A stretch of 22,320 nt of DNA from a virus: UHGV virus genome UHGV-2170153. The stretch is one strand, 5' to 3'. Below the pieces are notes generated by a model. That model worked only from the letters and a program-made list of their open reading frames with translations, was not told where the DNA came from and did not search any database. The first letter of the stretch is position 1, and every line of letters starts with the position of its first letter. Below are positions 15,981 to 22,320 of the stretch, piece by piece. The position numbers and the translations under genes were made by a program.

Positions 15981-16153
15981 GGCGACAGCGACGAAGTATC
16001 ACCGACATCATCTGCGAAAACTGCAAATACCTTCCAACGAAACGCTCCAGAAATAAACGCAAGCCAATCCCAAAAGAATCTGACGTAAAAACCTTCAACT
16101 ACACGGCTCACCTGTGGGATATCCGGTGGCTAAGACATCGTGCGAGGAAATGA
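15977..16153 (+). CDS. ninE: NinE (58 aa)
   Basis: [58 protein letters not shown] matches lambda NinE; AGGAGG RBS. Confidence 0.85.
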   Translation: MRRQRRSITDIICENCKYLPTKRSRNKRKPIPKESDVKTFNYTAHLWDIRWLRHRARK

Positions 16154-16155
16154 CA

Positions 16156-16554
16156 ATGGATTATTCACAGTTAAGTGATTTTGAAATTAACGTGGCGGTA
16201 TTCGAATCCATTCATAACGGATCACCGGATTACAAAGAAGGTGAGAATGGCGATATGGTGTTTGTCTCATTTGAGGGAGACATTGTAAACGGAGACGCAG
16301 TTGAAGTAGAAGTTGAGCGCGGATCCTTTAACCCATGCGTAAACCCAGCAGACGCATGGCCGATTATCACTGAAAACAAAATTAGCACCATGTGGATGAC
16401 AGCGGAAAAAGAATGGTGCGCATGGTCAGGAGGTGATTTAGAGGAAGGTTGTTGGGAATGGGAAAATATTCCTGACTACTGCTTCTGCGGTGAATCGCCT
16501 CTCCGCGCAGCCATGATTGTATTTCTCATGATGCAGGACGCCAATAATGCTTAG
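16156..16554 (+). CDS. Acidic hypothetical nin-region protein (132 aa)
   Basis: ATG 16156 with GAGGAA 6 nt upstream; MDYSQLSDFEINVAVFESIHNG...CWEWENIPDYCFCGESPLRAAMIVFLMMQDANNA. Confidence 0.7.
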   Translation: MDYSQLSDFEINVAVFESIHNGSPDYKEGENGDMVFVSFEGDIVNGDAVEVEVERGSFNPCVNPADAWPIITENKISTMWMTAEKEWCAWSGGDLEEGCWEWENIPDYCFCGESPLRAAMIVFLMMQDANNA

Positions 16555-16723
16555 CCCATCCCAATCCCTTCAATACCAGAAAGAAAGCGTCGAGCGAGCT
16601 TTAACGTGCGCTAACTGCGGTCAGAAGCTGCATGTGCTGGAAGTTCACATGTGTGAGCACTGCTGCGCAGAACTGATGAGCGATCCGAATAGCTCAATGT
16701 ACGAGGAAGAAGACGATGAATGA
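16547..16723 (+). CDS. ninF: NinF-like zinc-binding protein (58 aa)
   Basis: MLSPSQSLQYQKESVERALTCANCGQKLHVLEVHMCEHCCAELMSDPNSSMYEEEDDE (CxxC...CxxCC); below track cutoff, found by manual translation. Confidence 0.7.
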   Translation: MLSPSQSLQYQKESVERALTCANCGQKLHVLEVHMCEHCCAELMSDPNSSMYEEEDDE

Positions 16724-17438
16724 GTTAATAAATGGCAATGCCATCAAAATGACAAGCATTGAAATCGCTGAGTTGGTGGGTAAGCGTCATGACAATGTGA
16801 AACGTACCATCGAAACGCTGGCTAAAAATGGTGTTATCCGGCTTCCTCAAATTGAGGTTTCCGAAAGAATCAATAACTTAGGGTTCAATGTTCAGTACGA
16901 GCATTACGTCTTCGAGGGCGAACAAGGTAAGCGAGACAGTATTGTCGTTGTAGCCCAGTTGTCGCCGGAATTCACGGCTCGCCTTGTTGACCGTTGGCGA
17001 GAGCTTGAAGAAGCTGCGGTTAATATCCCAAAAACGCTACCAGAAGCGTTGCGCCTTGCTGCTGACCTTGCTGAGCAGAAAATGCAACTGGAAAACCAGC
17101 TCGCAATTGCCGCACCTAAAGTTGAGTTTGCCGATCGCGTTGGCGAGGCCAGCGGAATTTTGATTGGAAACTTTGCAAAGGTTGTTGGAATTGGTCCAAA
17201 CAAACTGTTTGCGTGGATGCGCGATCACAAAATCCTTATTGCTTCAGGTTCCCGGCGCAATGTGCCAATGCAGGAATATATGGATCGCGGCTATTTCACA
17301 GTGAAAGAAACAGCGTTCAACACAAATCACGGAATACAGATATCGTTCACCACAAAAATCACCGGGCGTGGTCAACAGTGGCTGACCAGAAGGCTGCTCT
17401 ATAGCGGAATGCTGAAAGTAACAGGGGAGGCTGCTTAA
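16716..17438 (+). CDS. Rha-family phage regulatory protein with KilA-C antirepressor-type C-terminal domain (240 aa)
   Basis: N-terminal TSIEIAELVGKRHDNVKRTIETL (Rha-like); C-terminal KLFAWMRDHKILIASGSRRNVPMQEYMDRGYFTVKE (Ant/KilAC-like); GAGGAAG RBS. Confidence 0.8.
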   Translation: MNELINGNAIKMTSIEIAELVGKRHDNVKRTIETLAKNGVIRLPQIEVSERINNLGFNVQYEHYVFEGEQGKRDSIVVVAQLSPEFTARLVDRWRELEEAAVNIPKTLPEALRLAADLAEQKMQLENQLAIAAPKVEFADRVGEASGILIGNFAKVVGIGPNKLFAWMRDHKILIASGSRRNVPMQEYMDRGYFTVKETAFNTNHGIQISFTTKITGRGQQWLTRRLLYSGMLKVTGEAA

Positions 17439-17728
17439 TGGCTAAACTACGCAAAGAAGCGCGCGGCAGAGAATGCCAGGTACGTATTTACGGCGTATGC
17501 AATGGCAACCCTGAAACTACAGTTCTGGCACATTACCGGATGGCTGGAATTTGCGGAACGGGAATGAAGCCTGACGACCTGATCGGAGCATGGGCTTGTA
17601 GCGCGTGTCACGATGAAATCGACCGACGCACCCATAAACTCGACAACAAAGACGCCAGACTTTACCACCTGGAAGGCGTGATCAGGACGCAGGCGATACT
17701 GCTGAAGGAGGGGAAGATTAAGCCATGA
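17438..17728 (+). CDS. Cys-rich nin-region protein, DUF1364-like (96 aa)
   Basis: MAKLRKEARGRECQVRIYGVCNGNPETTVLAHYRMAGICGTGMKPDDLIGAWACSACHDEID...; family call from memory, moderate. Confidence 0.7.
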   Translation: MAKLRKEARGRECQVRIYGVCNGNPETTVLAHYRMAGICGTGMKPDDLIGAWACSACHDEIDRRTHKLDNKDARLYHLEGVIRTQAILLKEGKIKP

Positions 17729-18087
17729 ACGAATATCAGTTTGTGCTTCCATACCCGCCGTCGGTGAACACCTACTGGCGAAGACGGGGAAGCCAATACT
17801 ACATCAGCGATAAAGGCCAGAAATACCGAAAAGACGTTCAGCAAATCATCCGCCAACTTAAGTTAGACATTTTCACCAAATCACGACTCCGCATCAAAGT
17901 CATCGCAGACGTTCCAGACTCCCGCCGCCGCGACCTCGACAACATCCTGAAAGGTTTACTCGACTCCCTTATCCACGCCGGATTTGCGGAAGACGACGAG
18001 CAATTCGATGACATTCGCGTAATTCGTGGTGTGAAAGTACCAGGCGGACGGCTTGGAATAAAAATCACCGAACTGGAGAACGCATGA
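17725..18087 (+). CDS. rusA: Holliday-junction resolvase RusA (120 aa)
   Basis: LPYPPSVNTYWRRRG...DSRRRDLDNILKGLLDSLIHAGFAEDDEQFDDIRVIRGVKVPGGRLGIKITE matches the RusA family. Confidence 0.9.
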   Translation: MNEYQFVLPYPPSVNTYWRRRGSQYYISDKGQKYRKDVQQIIRQLKLDIFTKSRLRIKVIADVPDSRRRDLDNILKGLLDSLIHAGFAEDDEQFDDIRVIRGVKVPGGRLGIKITELENA

Positions 18088-18272
18088 ACGCCACAATTCA
18101 AACGATACCAGAGCTTCTTATCCAGACACGAGGCAATCAGACCGAAGTGGCGAGGATGCTTTCCTGTGCAAGAGGAACAGTGCTCAAGTACAACCGAGAC
18201 AGCAAAGGCGAGCGTCACGTAATAGTTAACGGCGTCCTGATGGTCAAACAAGGCAAGAGGGGAAGACGATGA
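18084..18272 (+). CDS. ninH: NinH-like protein (62 aa)
   Basis: ...TIPELLIQTRGNQTEVARMLSCARGTVLKYNRD... parallels lambda NinH. Confidence 0.8.
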   Translation: MNATIQTIPELLIQTRGNQTEVARMLSCARGTVLKYNRDSKGERHVIVNGVLMVKQGKRGRR

Positions 18273-18892
18273 GACTCGAAAGCGTAGCTAAATTTCATTC
18301 GCCAAAAAGCCCGATGATGAGCGACTCACCACGGGCTACGGCTTCTGACTCTCTTTCCGGTACTGATGTGATGGCTGCTATGGGGATGGCGCAATCACAA
18401 GCCGGATTCGGAATGGCTGCATTCTGTGGTAAGCACGAACTCAGCCAGAACGACAAACAAAAGGCTATCAACTATCTGATGCAATTTGCACACAAGGTAT
18501 CGGGGAAATACCGTGGCGTGGCAAAGCTTGAAGGAAATACTAAGGCAAAGGTACTGCAAGTGCTCGCAACATTCGCTTATGCGGATTATTGCCGTAGTGC
18601 CGCGACGCCGGGCGCAAGATGCAGAGATTGCCACGGTACAGGCCGTGCGGTTGATATAGCCAAAACGGAGCAGTGGGGGAGAGTTGTTGAGAAAGAGTGC
18701 GGAAGATGCAAAGGTGTCGGCTATTCAAGAATGCCAGCAAGCGCCGCATATCGCGCTGTAACGATGCTAATCCCAAACCTTACTCAACCCACCTGGTCAC
18801 GCACTGTTAAGCCGCTGTATGACGCTCTGGTGGTGCAATGCCACAAAGAAGAGTCAATTGCAGACAACATTTTGAATGCGGTCACACGTTAG
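18269..18892 (+). CDS. Q: Late antiterminator Q (lambda-type, 207 aa)
   Basis: MRLESVAKFHSPKSPMMSDSPRATASDSLSGTDVMAAMGMAQSQ... near-identical to lambda Q from memory. Confidence 0.95.
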   Translation: MRLESVAKFHSPKSPMMSDSPRATASDSLSGTDVMAAMGMAQSQAGFGMAAFCGKHELSQNDKQKAINYLMQFAHKVSGKYRGVAKLEGNTKAKVLQVLATFAYADYCRSAATPGARCRDCHGTGRAVDIAKTEQWGRVVEKECGRCKGVGYSRMPASAAYRAVTMLIPNLTQPTWSRTVKPLYDALVVQCHKEESIADNILNAVTR

Positions 18893-18934
18893 CGGCATGA
18901 TTGCCACGGATGGCAACATATTAACGACATGATA

Positions 18935-18963
18935 TTGACTTTTTGAATAAAGTTGGGTAAATT
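18935..18963 (+). promoter_or_regulatory. Late promoter pR' (-35 TTGACT, -10 TAAATT) with Q-utilisation region
   Basis: TTGACT 18935..18940, 17-bp spacer, TAAATT 18958..18963, then TTGACTCAACGATGG as in lambda pR'. Confidence 0.85.
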
Positions 18964-18998
18964 TGACTCAACGATGGATAAATGCACTCGTTAAATAA

Positions 18999-19030
18999 AG
19001 CCCTGAGTTAATAGCTCGGGGCTTTTTGCG
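18999..19030 (+). terminator. Intrinsic terminator ~35-60 nt downstream of the pR' start (tR'-like; would give a short 6S-like leader RNA)
   Basis: AGCCCTGAG-ttaatag-CTCGGGGCT (one G-U pair) followed by TTTTTGCGTTTG. Confidence 0.65.
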
Positions 19031-20002
19031 TTTGCACAACAGGTAAGAGCATTCTCCCTTATGGGGCTTGGCTTAAATGCACCGAGTGCTCTTATCGTTG
19101 TGGCAGCACAACGATAGTTTTCGTCAGAGTTGGCGACTTTGCGGGTTTTTAGAAACTGACCACAAAGATAAATGCAAACGATGATTTGATGTTGATGGCG
19201 GCCTAAGAAACCAAAGTCACGGGGTCTTCCGATTCCCCGCTACCAAATTCGGCGCAGTGGCCCGCTGTGATTAATAATGGGCACCCAATAATGAGAGCGT
19301 TGGACAGTGGCGATGAGATTTCGCAACCCAGGAGCCAATAGATCGGGGATAGTGCGCATAATACCGATTGAGGTGAGTGCTGGAATAAGCATCGGGAGTC
19401 ATGACCCAACATGATGCGGGAAAGCCAGCCACCGAGAGACCCGGCAGGGTAAACCGGCCTTCCGCTTGGTTATCAAGCAATAATAGCGCTCTCATTCGTG
19501 GGTAACAACGGGCATGTCGCCTTAGTAAATCCCTCAAGGGTGCGACGCATAGACCGGTACTAGCGTCGCCGTTAGCTCCACGAAACGGAGCGCACAACAG
19601 GTAAGAGTATTTGTAGAGTTCGACTCTCTACCGTGGGATTTTTTCCGCGATGCGAGCCATAAATGCTCTTTCCGTTGTGCTGAATTAAGCGAATGCCGGA
19701 AGCAGAACCGGATCACCAAATGCGTACAGGCGTCATCGCCGCCCAGCAACAGCACAACCCAAACTTAGCCGTAGCCACTGGCTATCCTGAACTCATCAGT
19801 GATAGTTATGCTGCGGCCTTCTACGCATGACCTTCGTGAAAGCGGGTGGCAAGAGGCTGCGCTAACAACCTCCTGCCGTTTTGCCCGTGCATATCGGTCA
19901 CGAACAAATCTGATTACTAAACACAGTAGCCTGGATTTGTTCTATCAGTAATCGACCTTATTCCTAATTAAATAGAGCAAATCCCCTTATTGGGGGTAAG
20001 AC

Positions 20003-20326
20003 ATGAAGATGCCAGAAAAACATGACCTGTTAGCCGCCATTCTCGCGGCAAAGGAACAAGGCATCGGGGCAATCCTTGCGTTTGCAATGGCGTACCTTCG
20101 CGGCAGATATAATGGCGGTGCGTTTACAAAAACAGTAATCGACGCAACGATGTGCGCCATTATCGCCTGGTTCATTCGTGACCTTCTCGACTTAGCCGGA
20201 CTAAGTAGCAATCTCGCTTATATAACGAGCGTGTTCATCGGCTACATCGGTACTGACTCGATTGGTTCGCTTATCAAACGCTTCGCTGCTAAAAAAGCCG
20301 GAGTAGAAGATGGTGGAAATCAATAA
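20003..20326 (+). CDS. S: Holin S (107 aa; dual start Met1/Met3)
   Basis: [63 protein letters not shown]... matches lambda S. Confidence 0.95.
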   Translation: MKMPEKHDLLAAILAAKEQGIGAILAFAMAYLRGRYNGGAFTKTVIDATMCAIIAWFIRDLLDLAGLSSNLAYITSVFIGYIGTDSIGSLIKRFAAKKAGVEDGGNQ

Positions 20327-20786
20327 TCAACGTAAGGCGTTCCTCGATATGCTGGCGTGGTCAGAGGGAACTGATAACGGACGACAGAAAACCAGAAATC
20401 ATGGTTATGACGTCATTGTAGGTGGAGAGCTATTCACTGATTACTCCGATCACCCTCGTAAACTTGTCACGCTAAACCCAAAACTCAAATCAACAGCAGC
20501 CGGTCGCTATCAGCTTCTTTCCCGTTGGTGGGATTCCTATCGTAAGCAGCTTGGCCTGAAAGACTTCTCTCCGAAAAGCCAAGACGCTGTGGCATTGCAG
20601 CAGATTAAAGAGCGTGGCGCTTTACCGATGATTGATCGCGGTGATATCCGTCAGGCTATCGATCGTTGCAGCAATATCTGGGCTTCACTGCCGGGCGCTG
20701 GTTATGGTCAGTTCGAGCATAAGGCTGACAACCTGATTGCAAAATTCAAAGAAGCTGGCGGAACGGTCAGAGAGATTGAGGTATGA
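20310..20786 (+). CDS. R: Endolysin R, lytic transglycosylase (158 aa)
   Basis: [61 protein letters not shown]... matches lambda R. Confidence 0.95.
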   Translation: MVEINNQRKAFLDMLAWSEGTDNGRQKTRNHGYDVIVGGELFTDYSDHPRKLVTLNPKLKSTAAGRYQLLSRWWDSYRKQLGLKDFSPKSQDAVALQQIKERGALPMIDRGDIRQAIDRCSNIWASLPGAGYGQFEHKADNLIAKFKEAGGTVREIEV

Positions 20787-21220
20787 GCAGAGTCACCGCG
20801 ATTATTTCCGCTCTGGTTATCTGCATCATCGTCTGTCTGTCATGGGCTGTTAATCATTACCGTGATAACGCCATCGCCTACAAAGACCAGCGCGATAAAG
20901 CCACGTACATCATCGCTGACATGCAGAAGCGTCAACGTGATGTAGCTGAACTCGATGCCAGATATACAAAGGAACTTGCTGATGCTAACGCGACTATCGA
21001 AAGTCTCCGTGCTGATGTTTCTGCTGGGCGTAAGCGCCTGCAAGTCGCCGCCACCTGTGCAAAGTCAACGACCGGAGCCAGCAGCATGGGCGATGGAGAA
21101 AGCCCAAGACTTACAGCAGATGCTGAACTCAATTATTACCGTCTCCGAAGTGGGATCGACAGGATAACCGCGCAGGTTAACTACCTGCAGGAGTACATCA
21201 GGACGCAATGCCTTCGATGA
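20783..21220 (+). CDS. Rz: Spanin inner-membrane subunit Rz (145 aa)
   Basis: N-terminal TM segment [18 protein letters not shown], coiled-coil; ATGA overlap with R stop. Confidence 0.9.
   Translation: MSRVTAIISALVICIIVCLSWAVNHYRDNAIAYKDQRDKATYIIADMQKRQRDVAELDARYTKELADANATIESLRADVSAGRKRLQVAATCAKSTTGASSMGDGESPRLTADAELNYYRLRSGIDRITAQVNYLQEYIRTQCLR
20982..21167 (+). CDS. Rz1: Spanin outer-membrane lipoprotein Rz1 (61 aa), embedded in Rz in the +1 frame
   Basis: [36 protein letters not shown]... lipobox-like VSAC then Pro-rich; AAGGAA RBS 8 nt upstream of ATG 20982. Confidence 0.75.
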   Translation: MLTRLSKVSVLMFLLGVSACKSPPPVQSQRPEPAAWAMEKAQDLQQMLNSIITVSEVGSTG

Positions 21221-21394
21221 TAGCGATAATTTTACTCATCATCCTTCACATCTGGCTCTGTAGACAGGGTGGTGATCACTTCTGGAGTGAATCCAGATTA
21301 AACATCTCATTGCTGATGCTTGATATTGAGCATCTGGCGCGCGGTAAGGGGCTGCGTTGAGATAAGAGCCAGTTCATTACAAATACCAGGATTT

Positions 21395-21420
21395 AGCCTC
21401 GCATTCGCGGGGCTTTTTAT
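21395..21420 (+). terminator. Intrinsic terminator downstream of Rz
   Basis: AGCCTCGC-attc-GCGGGGCT followed by TTTTTATATCTG. Confidence 0.6.
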
Positions 21421-21562
21421 ATCTGAATTTCACAGCGCATCTCACGCGCATATTAACGAGAGCCTTTCAGTAAGCGAGCCTGAGAAATGCCGTTATAGGT
21501 GGCGACCTCTCTCGGGCGGCTTTTCTGTGAGACAGGCTCACTTTCTAAAAGGTAAAGACGCT

Positions 21563-22060
21563 ATGAAAGCAATCACGCTTTTTAATACACCGATCCGTGT
21601 TGATGAATCAGGAATGATCTGCCTCACTGATATGTGGAAAGCCAGTGGTAAAAGTGAATCTGAATCGCCTTACCACTACCTGCGAAACAAGCAGACCAAA
21701 GAGTTCTTAGCCGAGCTGGAGAAAAACCACGAATCTGTGGTTTTTACTGAGCGCGGTGTACACGGTGGAACATATGGCGGGAAGTTTGTTGCTTACGATT
21801 ATGCGGCTTGGTTAAACCCCGGGTTCAAGTACGCGGCCTATAAAGTCCTCGATGACTACTTCACCGGAGAACTTCAGCATCGCAACAGCTTAAGTGCGCA
21901 GCTCAACATGAAATGTCATGAGTTTGACCAGAAGAAAGACATGGCGAGCTTCTGCGGACAAGGGCTGGCAGCATGGCGCTATACGAAGCCAGTGTTGGTC
22001 GCTGAGATTAACTCCCTGGCTAACCAGCTGCAGATTACGATCCCCGGGCTTCCGGGATGA
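21563..22060 (+). CDS. KilA-N domain-containing protein (165 aa)
   Basis: ATG 21563 with AAAGGTAAAGA upstream; ...ICLTDMWKASGKSESESPYHYLRNKQTKEFLAELEK... typical KilA-N; the track's longer start at 21320 spans the terminator and is rejected. Confidence 0.7.
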   Translation: MKAITLFNTPIRVDESGMICLTDMWKASGKSESESPYHYLRNKQTKEFLAELEKNHESVVFTERGVHGGTYGGKFVAYDYAAWLNPGFKYAAYKVLDDYFTGELQHRNSLSAQLNMKCHEFDQKKDMASFCGQGLAAWRYTKPVLVAEINSLANQLQITIPGLPG

Positions 22061-22320
22061 GTGATCGTGTTATTGAATGCGCCTCCAGAGCGGGGCGCGA
22101 CTTCTCAGAGTTCATGAAAGGCGAGAAGGGCATGATGGAAGCATTGGCCTCGGTGGATGAGTTTGGCGAGCAGCTGCGCCTCAACGGCTGTGTCAATCAT
22201 CACTTTGTTAGCTACATGATGCGGAACTCGATCATGCAGGCATTCATGGACATGGCAAAAGCCGAGAGGAAAGAAGAGCGCCGGCGTAAGCTAGCGGAAG
22301 CAAAAGCAAAAGTGAAGTAG
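22057..22320 (+). CDS. Hypothetical phage protein (87 aa), ends with TAG at the window edge
   Basis: ATGA overlap with upstream stop; basic C-terminus KAERKEERRRKLAEAKAKVK; start uncertain. Confidence 0.45.
   Translation: MSDRVIECASRAGRDFSEFMKGEKGMMEALASVDEFGEQLRLNGCVNHHFVSYMMRNSIMQAFMDMAKAERKEERRRKLAEAKAKVK

Larger units (their letters stand above)
1331..22320. mobile_element. Lambdoid prophage, left part (attL through lysis cassette); continues beyond window end
   Basis: attL core followed by lambda-like int/xis, early-left operon, immunity region, O/loader, nin region, Q, S-R-Rz in canonical lambdoid order. Confidence 0.95.

Noticed and set aside
15587-16111. 174-aa minus-strand ORF antisense to the methyltransferase and ninE
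   Set aside because: Overlaps two well-supported plus-strand genes with conserved products; no RBS.
16904-17404. Minus- and plus-strand 63-99-aa ORFs inside the Rha antirepressor gene
   Set aside because: Antisense or out of frame to a gene with clear domain signatures.
19613-19648. tRNA-like T-arm (GTAGAG-TTCGACT-CTCTAC) followed by a T-run, and a CCA-ending segment at 19219..19246
   Set aside because: No matching acceptor, D or anticodon arms at the required distances, so not a tRNA gene; more likely a terminator-like hairpin within the late leader.
19203-19755. Minus-strand ORFs of 69, 108 and 73 aa in the Q-S intergenic insert
   Set aside because: No RBS, Arg/Cys/His-rich unnatural composition, opposite to late transcription; the region is better explained as non-coding structured sequence.
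21320-21562. N-terminal 81 codons of the 246-aa ORF preceding the KilA-N protein
   Set aside because: This stretch contains the Rz-downstream terminator and has no RBS; the RBS-supported start is ATG 21563.
1-22320. CRISPR arrays, rRNA or tRNA genes, IS elements
   Set aside because: No regularly spaced direct repeats with unique spacers, no rRNA/tRNA signatures, and no transposase-like ORFs flanked by inverted repeats were seen.

Overview
This window is the left end of a mosaic lambdoid prophage sitting at the lambda attachment site next to the host gene ybhC (1..1284, minus strand). The attL core GCTTTTTTATACTAA is at 1331..1345, followed by a lambda-type P' arm. The prophage then runs: int and xis; a translationally coupled cluster of uncharacterised accessory genes; a recombination module (frameshifted DnaQ-like exonuclease, SSB, Rad52-like annealing protein); kil and cIII homologues; an Ala/Glu/Lys/Arg-rich coiled-coil protein; an N antiterminator with a P22-type arginine-rich motif and matching nutL; a chimeric cI; pR, cro, nutR, cII; an O-like initiator with in-gene ori iterons; a DnaC-type helicase loader; the nin region (ren, ninB, Dam-like methyltransferase, ninE, ninF, Rha/KilA-C antirepressor, rusA, ninH); lambda-type Q with pR'; and the lysis cassette S, R, Rz/Rz1. 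The prophage continues beyond 22320. All identifications rest on reading the translations against remembered family sequences; no database search was run. I did not find a clearly novel system. The strongest leads are a ~490-bp non-coding, GC-rich insert in the late leader between Q and S, bracketed by two copies of a long-hairpin module, and the uncharacterised coupled gene cluster between xis and the recombination genes. Also notable are a frameshift in the exonuclease at a homopolymer run, an SSB whose conserved DDDIPF tail is followed by 15 extra residues, and a membrane-protein ORF after N that lacks a canonical start.
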